From an uncultured Planctomycetaceae bacterium (GTDB taxonomy: Bacteria > Planctomycetota > Planctomycetia > Pirellulales > Pirellulaceae), in assembly GCA_937967665.1 (NCBI GenBank), contig CALBSZ010000696.1, forward strand, positions 194-64,193: DNA of 64,000 bases. Reading direction: 5' to 3'. Below are positions 38,032 to 47,004 of the stretch, one piece after another. Positions within the stretch are counted from its first letter, which is position 1. Every line of letters begins with the position of its first letter. The notes under the pieces are model-generated. The model was given only the letters and a program-made list of their open reading frames with translations. It made no database searches and had not been told where the DNA came from. The position numbers and the translations under genes are program-made.

Positions 38032-38562
38032 TCGTATCTCCAGTGCGTTTTCCGCGACGACCTCGAAGTGTTACCCTCCCCAGCTGCAGCCGTGAAACTC
38101 GCTCGGAACAGCTATCAGAAGGAAGCGGACAGCCAGCCCCGCGTGCCCGACGCGGAATCTATAGTTTTTCCCGTCATTTTCGTTGCATTCGTTATAATCG
38201 ATTATTATAGTGTCGATTGGTGGCCGGCGGAACGGGCGACACTTCAGAGACCCTGGCCATTACAAGGTTCATCGCGACCGCGTCCTCGAAAAACTCCATT
38301 CTTGGAATTCGGCGGCCCGGTTTCGCGGTTCCGGAACGGAGAAAGGACTTTCGAGAATCTCGTCCAACGTGACGTTCGAGAGGTCTTCCGGTGAATGCGT
38401 ATTTTATTTCACGTGGCGGGCGATTGCGTTCTGACATGACACTTCGCGACGGTATCGCTGCGCGCTGTGGATCCGCATTCGGAAACGACGCACGTCGCCA
38501 TCGACCGGTGAACCGACCCAACGGCTGATTGCCAACCCTTCAACCCGAGCGAGCACACTATC

Positions 38563-41500
38563 ATGCCACGAAGCCTGTCCAAGCAATTACGTCATCGCCA
38601 GAACGTGCGGCGCCTGCGATCCCTCCGACAAAGCCTGCAAATGGAATCCCTGGAAGCCCGTATGCTGTTGACCGCCTATGCTGATGCCGTCCTGGCGGAC
38701 AACCCGTTGGCCTTCTTTCAGTTTGACGAAGGCTCGGGAACGACGGCTAACGACTCGACGGCCAATGCAACGCATGGCAACATCGAAAACGCCACCTATT
38801 CACTCAATGGCGGAGGTCGCGGCGGTGACGCCGGTAACTACGCGCTGAGCTTCGACGGCAACGGAGACTCGGTTCGCGTGGTGGACGATGCTACCTCCGT
38901 GAACACGAATGCGTTCAATTCGATCACGGCCAACAACAAGGTCACGGTCGAATTCTGGCAATACGGGATCGGCCAGGCTCGCGACGACACAATCTTCGGC
39001 GGCTTCGACAGCAGCGGCAATCGTCAGGTCATGTCCCACCTGCCGTGGGGCAATAGCAATGTGTATTTCGATACGGGTGGTGGCGCGTCGACACCGAGCC
39101 AACGCATCAACACGGCCATGCCAGCGACGACCTTCAACGGGCGGTGGAATCATTGGGTCTTCATCAAGGACGGCAACAACAAGACGGTGTACAACAACGG
39201 TGTCGCCATACCGGCGCTGACGCAGTCCAATGCCACAGCAAACATCGGAGATATTCATCGCTTCTTTGTTGGAAGCGAAGCGAATTCGAGCGGCGGTATT
39301 ACCAACAGCTACCTTGGTTTGATCGATGATTTCGCCGTTTACGATAAGGCTTTATCCGCGGCGCAAGTGGCGGATCATTATCAGGCGAGTTTTGACGATG
39401 CCTTCGCCACGGACGAAGACACGGCGATCAGTGTCGATTCGTCTGTCGGCCTGCTGACCAACGATATGCCGCTGTATCGCTTCGAAAATGTCGCGTTGTC
39501 CAGCGCCGGCGGTGTCGCCTCACAATCCACCGATCGAGTCGGCAGCGGTTGCAATGTCGCGTCGTGCGCTATCGATGGCGATACCAACGGTAGTTTTGGC
39601 GGTAACTCCGTCACGCACACGCTTAACGAAACTCAACCTTGGTGGCAGGTGCAACTGCCGGCGATGCGTGACATCAATTCCATTAACTTGTTCAACCGCA
39701 CGGATTGCTGCAGCAACCGCCTGGACAACTTCCGCGTCTCCATCTGGCAGGGAGACCCGAATAGTGGCGGTGTCGAACAGTTCGGCCGCGATTTCTCATT
39801 CCCCGGCGGGCCGGGAACTTCTCTGTCGCTGGACGTCCCCAACTTTGTCAAAGGCAACTACGTTCGCGTGCAGTTGGCTAACGACGGGGAGAGCGAACCG
39901 CTGTCTTTGGCGGAAGTGCAGGTCTTTGCCGCGGCGCATGAAGTCGCTTCTGCCCAGGGCATGTCGTTGGGCGGCAGTACGACGGCCCGCGGCGACGGCT
40001 CGGTGACCGTCACAACCGACAAGGGTGGTTCGCTGACAATCACTGATGACGGCGGCTTTGACTATGATCCTTCCGTATCGTCAACGTTAAACACTCTTCC
40101 CGCCGGCGCCACGGATACCGACACATTCACCTATACCTACACCGATGGCACGTCCAGCCGTACGGCGACCGTCACGCTGACGATAACCGGTGTGAATGAC
40201 GCGCCTAATGCTGTGGACGACCCCAATGGCGGACTGCCCAATGCGGCATACACGACCACTGAAGACGCCGTGCTCAACGTTCCCGACGGCCCCGACGACG
40301 TGCTGGCCAACGACACGGACCCCGACACAGGCGATTCCATCAACCTTGTCACCTTCGACAGTACCAGCGTCAACGGCGCGGCGGTTGTCGTCAATCCTGA
40401 TGGCAGTTTCTCTTACGACCCGTCCGGTTCTGCGACGATCCAGACGCTTGACCAAGGTCAACCGCTGACGGATACCTTCACCTACACCATCACGGACTCG
40501 CTGGTACCGGCCAATGGTCGTTTCATCCGGGTCCGGAACAACGGCCCCGTAGATCGTTTGCTTCACATCGGTGAAATCGAAGCGTTTGCCCCAGGCGTGA
40601 CTCCAGCCGCCAACTTCGACGGGACCAACGATCTGGCGTTGAGTTCCAAAGGGGCTACGGTCGAATCGACCGTAGGGGGTGGCGGACATGGAAACCCGAA
40701 CGCCACCATCGACGGCAGTGAACAAACGGGTGGCTCGACCTGGACCAAACAGGCCGTCGGAACGGAAATTGTCATTGACTTGGGCGGATCGTTTGACATC
40801 GAACGCGTCCGCGTGCACCAGCGCAATGACAGTTGTTGCCAGGACCGCCTGATGGACTTCACCGTTTCCTTACTCGCCGACGACGGTTCCGGGAATCCAG
40901 GTGCTGTCGTACAGAGCGCCAGCTATCCCGGCCAGCCACCCACCAACTCGTTCGGTGAAGTCGCGCTGGATCCGGTGCCCTCGGGCGCCTTGCAAGTCGC
41001 CACGGTCAGCATTGCTGTCAACGGAGTCAATGATACCCCGAATCCGGCGGACGACGTGAACGACATCACCGAGTTGTCCGACGATACGGTCACCGTGAAC
41101 ACCGTCAGCGGTGACCTGTTCAGCAACGATACCGACGTAGACGATCCGGCAAGCTCCTTCAGCCTGGTACAAGTCAATGCGGACACCAGCGGAAACACAG
41201 TGGGGCTTTACGGCACGTTAACCTGGTCGCCCAACACCAACGGCGACGGAACCTACACGTATGCCCTGGACGATAGCAACGCGGCTGTGCAAGCGCTCGC
41301 CCCGGGGCAGACTCTCACGGACACGTTCACCTATACATTAAGCGACAATCATAGTGACGGCAGCGGCAGCAACAATCCACTTACCAACACCGCGAACCTG
41401 GTGATTACCATCAAGGGCGCTAACGATTCGCCGAATGCCGAGGACGATGCGGCCGATGTCATTGAAGACACCATGGTGACGACCGCAGGAAACGTCATTT

Positions 41501-44073
41501 CCGATGCGCCGGCCGACAGCGATGTCGACAATAGTTCGAGCGGCTTCGCGGTAACGGATGTCGATGGCAACGCGGTGAGCACTAATACGAACATTGTCGG
41601 CAGTCACGGCACGCTGACGATTTCGAGCGACGGCAGCTACAGCTACGCCCTGGACAACGCCGCCGCGCAACCTCTGGCTGAAGGCCAGACCGTAACGGAT
41701 AGTTTCGTGTACACGCTAGATGACAATGCCACAGGCCCGACGGTCGCCCGCTTTGTCCAGGTCATTGAGGCGACACCGAGTACATTCCACCTCAGCGAAC
41801 TCGAAGTTTTCGAAGCCGGCGTGACGCCCGATAACACGGGCGGCGCGACATTCGGTGGCCTGACTACCAGCAGCAACGACATCGCCGGCGGAGTGCCATA
41901 CAGCATAGGGAATGTGTATCCCGCGGTCGGCACGACGTCCATGATCCAACATGGCAATGTCAACAACCAGACAAACAATGTCCTGGAAAACGGCGGCGCG
42001 GTCTGGTCGACGAACGTCAGCGGTCAGAACCCGCAGTTCACGCTCGACCTGGGCAGCGAATATGCCATTGACCGTGTCCGCGCGTGGCCCCGTGCTGACA
42101 CTTGCTGTCCTGAACGCTGGGACGCTTTGACGATCAATTTCTATGCCGATGATGGCACGGGCAGCCCGGGAACGCTGGTGAGTTCCGTGAGTATCGCCGA
42201 TCCCAACGCAAACACCCCCCATGACGTCTCGGTGCCGGCCGTGCCGGTGCCGCTGACGGATACGGCTACGTTGACGGTCACCGTTACCGGATCGAACGAT
42301 GATCCTGTCGTCGATGCCGGCGGCGATCAGTCGGTGAATGAAGGTGCGACGGTAAACCTGGATCCGGCAACTTTCACGGATGTGGACACGAACGACACGC
42401 ACACGGCGACGATCGACTGGGGCGACGGCAGTCTGCTGGATACCGGAGTCGTGGAGCCGACCCTGCATACGGTATCGGGAAGTCATGTGTACGCCGACGA
42501 CGGCACTTATACGGCAACCGTGTGTGTTGACGACGGAACGGCGTCCGTCTGCGACACGTTCTCAGTGACGGTGAACAACGTGGATCCCAGTGTCACGGTC
42601 TCGGACCGCACGACTTCCGAGGGCGCCGCGCTGAACATTACGGGCCTGGCCACCTTTACCGATCCAGGTTTTGACAACGCCGCGAACCCGAACTCGCAAC
42701 CCCCGCTTCACGTGGAATCGTTCACCTACAGCCTCGACTGGGGCGACGGCTCCGCGCTGGAATCGGGCTCGGTCACGATGGTCACGCCCGGTTCGGCCGG
42801 GACACCCACCTCGGGCTCGATCAACGGCAGTCATGTCTACGCGGACAGCGGCGTTTACGACGCCACGGTGACGATCACCGACGACGACGGTGGGTCGACA
42901 ACGGAAACGTTCGGCGTCACCGTCAACAACGTGGCGCCAACCGGTACGATCAGCGGTCCCGGAGACGCCTCGCCATCGGAAGAACTGACGTTCACCTTCG
43001 AAGGCCACGACATCTCGCCCGCCGACGAGCTCATCCTGGATTGCAACGTCAACTGGGGCGACGGCAGCATGGACAGCCTGGGGAACTGCACGACCCCTGT
43101 GACGCGAACGCACGAATACGGCACGTTGGGATCGTTTTCCGTCGTACTGAGCATTACCGATGACACGGAAACGACCAACGTCACGCACACAGTAAGCGTA
43201 ACGAACAATCCGCGCATCGACGCGAACGGCAACTTGCTGGTGCCCGATTCGCTGGAGGGCAGCAACGACATTCTGATCTACAAGTCCAGTCGGGGCGGTC
43301 ACCTGGTGAAGCGTAACGCAACGACTTACGGTCCCTTCTTCCCGACAACAGGGACCACGGTGGTGATCACGGGCGACTACCCGGACCGGATTACGATCGT
43401 GTCCGACACACTGTGCGGCAACGTCGATGCCGGAGGCGGGGACAACATCTTCAACGGCAGCGGTTGTGACGATACGTTTGTGGCCACCGATGGCCGTAAC
43501 GTCGTAATTGCCGGTGCCGGAAACGACACGATCACCGTTGGCAACGGCGACAACGATATCGACGCCGGCGCTGGCGACGATGTCGTGACGACCGGTTCCG
43601 GCAACGACGAGATCATTGGACGCGACGGCAACGACGTGCTCAACGGCGGCGGCGGGAACGACGACATCTCCGGCGAAAGGGGCGATGACATCATCCGTGG
43701 CGGGGACGGTAACGACACGCTCAGCGGCGGAGAAGGCAACGACATCGTGCTCGGCGAGGCAGGGCAGGACCGAGTCTTCGGCCGACAGGGGAACGATATT
43801 CTGTTCGGCGGCCTGGGCGCGGACGACGTTCAGGGCAATAACGATGACGACATCGTGGTCGGCGGCGGCGTCACCTTGGACAACGTGGCGCTCGGTCATA
43901 TCCGCAGCGAGTGGACGAGCAACAATTTGGCGTCGACACGGTTGAGCAACATCCTGATTGGAGCCGGATTGACGATGGGCAACGCGCTCAATTCCACCAC
44001 GGTGACCGCGGACGGTGTGGGTGGGGGATGCGGTGTGGGCTCGTATTTGTATGTCGTGGAGGATCGGTTATGA
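38563..44073 (+). CDS. Giant secreted adhesin-like protein: ESLEAR leader motif, LamG, F-type-lectin/discoidin-like x3, cadherin/VCBS-like, PKD-like, RTX repeats
   Basis: 1836-aa ORF. N-terminus ...SLQMESLEARMLLTA. LamG-like region at ~38.7-39.4 kb. HT...PWWQVQL...NRTDCCSNRL at 39.6 kb, plus two degenerate copies. Repeated DTFTYT..D VCBS-type blocks. IDWGDGS...SHVYADDGTYT PKD-like units. 12-13 GxGxDxUxx nonapeptides near the C-terminus. Confidence 0.9.
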   Translation: MPRSLSKQLRHRQNVRRLRSLRQSLQMESLEARMLLTAYADAVLADNPLAFFQFDEGSGTTANDSTANATHGNIENATYSLNGGGRGGDAGNYALSFDGNGDSVRVVDDATSVNTNAFNSITANNKVTVEFWQYGIGQARDDTIFGGFDSSGNRQVMSHLPWGNSNVYFDTGGGASTPSQRINTAMPATTFNGRWNHWVFIKDGNNKTVYNNGVAIPALTQSNATANIGDIHRFFVGSEANSSGGITNSYLGLIDDFAVYDKALSAAQVADHYQASFDDAFATDEDTAISVDSSVGLLTNDMPLYRFENVALSSAGGVASQSTDRVGSGCNVASCAIDGDTNGSFGGNSVTHTLNETQPWWQVQLPAMRDINSINLFNRTDCCSNRLDNFRVSIWQGDPNSGGVEQFGRDFSFPGGPGTSLSLDVPNFVKGNYVRVQLANDGESEPLSLAEVQVFAAAHEVASAQGMSLGGSTTARGDGSVTVTTDKGGSLTITDDGGFDYDPSVSSTLNTLPAGATDTDTFTYTYTDGTSSRTATVTLTITGVNDAPNAVDDPNGGLPNAAYTTTEDAVLNVPDGPDDVLANDTDPDTGDSINLVTFDSTSVNGAAVVVNPDGSFSYDPSGSATIQTLDQGQPLTDTFTYTITDSLVPANGRFIRVRNNGPVDRLLHIGEIEAFAPGVTPAANFDGTNDLALSSKGATVESTVGGGGHGNPNATIDGSEQTGGSTWTKQAVGTEIVIDLGGSFDIERVRVHQRNDSCCQDRLMDFTVSLLADDGSGNPGAVVQSASYPGQPPTNSFGEVALDPVPSGALQVATVSIAVNGVNDTPNPADDVNDITELSDDTVTVNTVSGDLFSNDTDVDDPASSFSLVQVNADTSGNTVGLYGTLTWSPNTNGDGTYTYALDDSNAAVQALAPGQTLTDTFTYTLSDNHSDGSGSNNPLTNTANLVITIKGANDSPNAEDDAADVIEDTMVTTAGNVISDAPADSDVDNSSSGFAVTDVDGNAVSTNTNIVGSHGTLTISSDGSYSYALDNAAAQPLAEGQTVTDSFVYTLDDNATGPTVARFVQVIEATPSTFHLSELEVFEAGVTPDNTGGATFGGLTTSSNDIAGGVPYSIGNVYPAVGTTSMIQHGNVNNQTNNVLENGGAVWSTNVSGQNPQFTLDLGSEYAIDRVRAWPRADTCCPERWDALTINFYADDGTGSPGTLVSSVSIADPNANTPHDVSVPAVPVPLTDTATLTVTVTGSNDDPVVDAGGDQSVNEGATVNLDPATFTDVDTNDTHTATIDWGDGSLLDTGVVEPTLHTVSGSHVYADDGTYTATVCVDDGTASVCDTFSVTVNNVDPSVTVSDRTTSEGAALNITGLATFTDPGFDNAANPNSQPPLHVESFTYSLDWGDGSALESGSVTMVTPGSAGTPTSGSINGSHVYADSGVYDATVTITDDDGGSTTETFGVTVNNVAPTGTISGPGDASPSEELTFTFEGHDISPADELILDCNVNWGDGSMDSLGNCTTPVTRTHEYGTLGSFSVVLSITDDTETTNVTHTVSVTNNPRIDANGNLLVPDSLEGSNDILIYKSSRGGHLVKRNATTYGPFFPTTGTTVVITGDYPDRITIVSDTLCGNVDAGGGDNIFNGSGCDDTFVATDGRNVVIAGAGNDTITVGNGDNDIDAGAGDDVVTTGSGNDEIIGRDGNDVLNGGGGNDDISGERGDDIIRGGDGNDTLSGGEGNDIVLGEAGQDRVFGRQGNDILFGGLGADDVQGNNDDDIVVGGGVTLDNVALGHIRSEWTSNNLASTRLSNILIGAGLTMGNALNSTTVTADGVGGGCGVGSYLYVVEDRL
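43513..43863 (+). repeat. RTX-type calcium-binding nonapeptide repeats (12-13 consecutive units) within the giant CDS
   Basis: In-frame split into nines: GAGNDTITV GNGDNDIDA GAGDDVVTT GSGNDEIIG RDGNDVLNG GGGNDDISG ERGDDIIRG GDGNDTLSG GEGNDIVLG EAGQDRVFG RQGNDILFG GLGADDVQG NNDDDIVVG. Confidence 0.85.
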
Positions 44074-44127
44074 GTGGTTATGGCGGGCGACACGGCCACG
44101 TTGCTGTAGTCTTTGCAGACACGTAGA

Positions 44128-44174
44128 ATGGACGTTGCCAGGCAGCTCGATGCCTGCAACGTCCATTTCTTTTT
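44128..44174 (+). terminator. Intrinsic terminator after the giant gene
   Basis: 16-bp stem (one bulged C), 6-nt loop (GCTCGA), followed by TTTCTTTTTC. Paired base by base. It starts 55 nt after the stop codon. Confidence 0.75.
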
Positions 44175-44183
44175 CTGGAGCGT

Positions 44184-45308
44184 ATGATGGCTCGCTTCAC
44201 CGTCGCGCTGTTTCTTTCCGCGACCGCCGCCGTGGCGTCCGCGCACACAACCGGCCGGACCGAGCCGTGGCCCGCCGGTACCCAGCAGGCGCCCGCCCGC
44301 GTCCCCGACGATACTCCGCAACTGCCTTCGCTAATCGAAACGGACAACCCGCCAACACGGGATGGCTGGCAGGCACGCCGCGCGCAAATCCAGCGTGAAT
44401 GGCTCGAGTTCCTTCATCCATGGACGAAGGAGCGTCCGCGTTCTTCCTGGGAAGTGCTGAACACGGAACAGGTTGGCGACGTCGAGCGGGTGCTGCTGCG
44501 CTACGAAACGGAACCTGGCATCTTCACGGAAGCCTACCTCTTGCACCCGAGGCAGCGAGGAGAGTCTCGCCCGGGCGTCGTGGTCTTTCATTCCACGGTG
44601 GATCACTCGATCCGGCAGCCCGCGGGCGTCGAGGGCGTTCCGGAAAAGGCATTCGGGTTGAAGCTGGCGCAACGCGGCTACGTCACCTTGTGCCCGCGTA
44701 ATTTCCTCTGGCCGGACAATCACCGGATCGACGCGGCCGAGCAGACTCGGTTGTTTCAGCAGCGCCATCCTGGCTCGAAAGGGATGGCCAAGATGCTGCA
44801 TGACGCGCACCGCGCGGTCGATCTTTTGATTTCCTTTCCGGACGTGGACAAGAACCGCATCGGCGCGGTCGGTCACTCGCTGGGTGCCAAGGAGGTGCTG
44901 TACCTGGCGGCGTTCGATCCGCGGGTGAAAGTGACGGTTTCCAGCGAGGGTGGTATCGGCACGACGTTTTCCAATTGGGATGCGGCTTGGTATCTGTCGC
45001 CGGACATTCGCAACGGCGTTTTCCCACGCGAGCACCACGAGCTGCTGGCGCTGATTGCGCCGCGACCGTTCCTGTTGATTGGCGGCGAATCGGCCGACGG
45101 GGACCGCAGCTGGCCATATATTGACGCCGCGCTGCCGGTGTACCGACTGTTCGGTGATCGCCCCGCCTGTGGACTCTACAACCATCGGCAGGGGCACGCC
45201 GTTCCCAAAGGTGCTGAAGAACGCATCTATGATTGGTTTGACGCCTACCTGGGAACGGACGCGGGAAATGAGCAGCACATCGAGAATCGTCATAACGATC
45301 GCAATTGA
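44184..45308 (+). CDS. Secreted alpha/beta hydrolase (dienelactone hydrolase / acetyl-xylan-esterase-like)
   Basis: Signal MMARFTVALFLSATAAVASA and nucleophile elbow GHSLGAKE (GxSxG). Later Asp and His candidates (GGESADGD, NHRQGHAVP). GGAG RBS. Confidence 0.75.
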   Translation: MMARFTVALFLSATAAVASAHTTGRTEPWPAGTQQAPARVPDDTPQLPSLIETDNPPTRDGWQARRAQIQREWLEFLHPWTKERPRSSWEVLNTEQVGDVERVLLRYETEPGIFTEAYLLHPRQRGESRPGVVVFHSTVDHSIRQPAGVEGVPEKAFGLKLAQRGYVTLCPRNFLWPDNHRIDAAEQTRLFQQRHPGSKGMAKMLHDAHRAVDLLISFPDVDKNRIGAVGHSLGAKEVLYLAAFDPRVKVTVSSEGGIGTTFSNWDAAWYLSPDIRNGVFPREHHELLALIAPRPFLLIGGESADGDRSWPYIDAALPVYRLFGDRPACGLYNHRQGHAVPKGAEERIYDWFDAYLGTDAGNEQHIENRHNDRN

Positions 45309-45357
45309 CCTTCGGCAGAAGAATTCCGAGCTCGGCGTCAAATCCTGCTGATGAGAA

Positions 45358-45387
45358 TTGACAGGTCGCACCGAAAATGTGTAGGTT
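45358..45387 (+). promoter_or_regulatory. Candidate promoter TTGACA-N18-TAGGTT upstream of the DUF1559 operon
   Basis: Consensus -35 hexamer and a TAnnnT -10-like hexamer read directly, ~80 nt before the GTG start at 45466. Confidence 0.25.
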
Positions 45388-45465
45388 CAGGGAATCGACC
45401 GCAGCGTGATCACGCTCCCTCGTCCGTCGTAACCATGAGAATGCTCATCGAAGAGGCACAGCCGA

Positions 45466-46380
45466 GTGAATGTTAAGCGGTCTTCCCGGGTTCATCCGGG
45501 AGCGAGTGGTTTCACGTTAGTCGAGTTGCTGGTGGTAATCGCGATCATCGGCATCCTGGTCGCCTTGTTACTGCCGGCGGTGCAGGCCGCCCGCGAATCG
45601 GCGCGGCGCACAACGTGTTCCAACAACCTCAAGCAGCTGGGGCTGGCGGTCCACGAATACCACGACGCCTTTCGCCGCGTGCCGTCGAGTTTTGATTGGC
45701 TGGGAAATCAGCGGCGCGGCTGGATCGTGGGCATCCTGCCGTTCATCGAACAAGACGCTCTGTTCGCCACGCTGTCGGAGATCCATTTTCAGTTGCCCGA
45801 CCCCAAAGCCGCGCCGGTGAGGACCGCCGTCATCGACACCTTGATCTGTCCCACGGATGGCCGCACCGGCAAGTCCGGCACGCCTAATCGCATCACCACC
45901 AAACAGTTTCAGTGGGTGGGAACCGAAATGGCCACCACGAACTACAAGGGAGTGATCGGGGACCCCAACATGGGCAACGGCTGGCCGGGGATGGGCAGCC
46001 AGGACTTCCACAACACGTCTCCCAACAACGGCATGTTCTGGCGTTACAGCTTCCGGCACCCCGTGGCCTTCAACCAGGTGATCGACGGGCAATCCAACAC
46101 GCTGATGATCGGCGAAGACATCCCCTTTCACAACCACCATTCGGCCTGGGCGTATTCGAACGGCGACTATTCGAGTTGCCATGCGCCGTTGAACTACCTG
46201 CCCGATCCACCCGAGCCGGATCACTGGCCGCGCGTGATGGGGTTTCGCAGCTTTCATACCAGCATCGTCCAATTCTGCGCGGCCGACGGGTCGGTCCACG
46301 CGGTTCGCGACACCATCAATCACGACATCTATCGCGGCTTCTGTACTCGAGCTGGCGGGGAAGCGGGAAACCTGGAATGA
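45466..46380 (+). CDS. DUF1559 protein with prepilin-type N-terminal methylation domain
   Basis: GTG start. GFTLVELLVVIAIIGILVALLLPAVQAARESARRTTCSNNLKQLGLAVHEYHD is the canonical planctomycete DUF1559 N-terminus. The C-terminal H-X9-DG-like block is FCAADGSVHAV. Confidence 0.9.
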   Translation: MNVKRSSRVHPGASGFTLVELLVVIAIIGILVALLLPAVQAARESARRTTCSNNLKQLGLAVHEYHDAFRRVPSSFDWLGNQRRGWIVGILPFIEQDALFATLSEIHFQLPDPKAAPVRTAVIDTLICPTDGRTGKSGTPNRITTKQFQWVGTEMATTNYKGVIGDPNMGNGWPGMGSQDFHNTSPNNGMFWRYSFRHPVAFNQVIDGQSNTLMIGEDIPFHNHHSAWAYSNGDYSSCHAPLNYLPDPPEPDHWPRVMGFRSFHTSIVQFCAADGSVHAVRDTINHDIYRGFCTRAGGEAGNLE

Positions 46381-46907
46381 GCAGTCACGCAGGCGATGGG
46401 GTTGGCCTCGATACGGCGACACGTTTCACCACATCACGCATTCGCCACCGTTGTCTTGTTTGCCGAAACGCCAGCGTTTGCCGCAATGCCTGCGCGTTGG
46501 CATCGAGCTGCATTTTCCTTCTGCTGCTGGCCACGGGTTGCGGGTCACGTCTGGAAAGTTCGGTATCGGGAACCGTGACGCTGGACGGCGTCCCGCTGTC
46601 GTTCGGCACGGTCACGTTCAAACCGGTCGGGCAGGGCGCGACGGCTTACGGTACCATCGCCGCTGATGGCACGTACTCCGTCAAGACGGGTAGCGGCCAG
46701 GGACTCGACCCCGGCGAATACGCGGTGGCCGTGGCCGCCACGAAAATGCCCGACGACTACGACGATTCGGCCGCCGAAAGCCCGCTGCCCGAATACGTTT
46801 CGCCCGAACGATATGCCGATACCGCCACGTCCGGATTGAGCTATGCGGTGAATCGGGGGAAAAACTTGATCAATATCGAATTGCGATCCGCTGCGAATTT
46901 GCCCTGA
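46377..46907 (+). CDS. Lipoprotein with carboxypeptidase-regulatory-like domain (usual DUF1559 partner)
   Basis: ATGA overlap with the DUF1559 stop. Lipobox-like LLLATGC, then VSGTVTLDGVPLSFGTVTFKP...GTIAADGTYSV. The ORF-track entry 45912..46907 is chimeric with an out-of-frame overlap. Confidence 0.7.
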   Translation: MSSHAGDGVGLDTATRFTTSRIRHRCLVCRNASVCRNACALASSCIFLLLLATGCGSRLESSVSGTVTLDGVPLSFGTVTFKPVGQGATAYGTIAADGTYSVKTGSGQGLDPGEYAVAVAATKMPDDYDDSAAESPLPEYVSPERYADTATSGLSYAVNRGKNLINIELRSAANLP

Positions 46908-47004
46908 GCCGTCCCTGCCGTGGAACGGATTCTTCGAGTGCGATTGTTTTTTGTTCATCGCACCCGACGGGAACGCACGGTTCGCTGCAGACTGTCATGC
47001 GAAC

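Noticed and set aside
41716-43899. Long minus-strand ORFs (41716..42486, 42562..43899) inside giant gene 1, and the many minus ORFs between 54.9 and 64 kb
   Set aside because: The plus frame is continuous and full of recognisable domains. The minus ORFs are compositional shadows, which explains why the track shows only minus ORFs over the open-ended giant gene 2.
45912-46376. 5' part of the 331-aa ORF 45912..46907
   Set aside because: It is an out-of-frame overlap with the well-supported DUF1559 gene. The real lipoprotein gene starts at the ATGA junction (46377).
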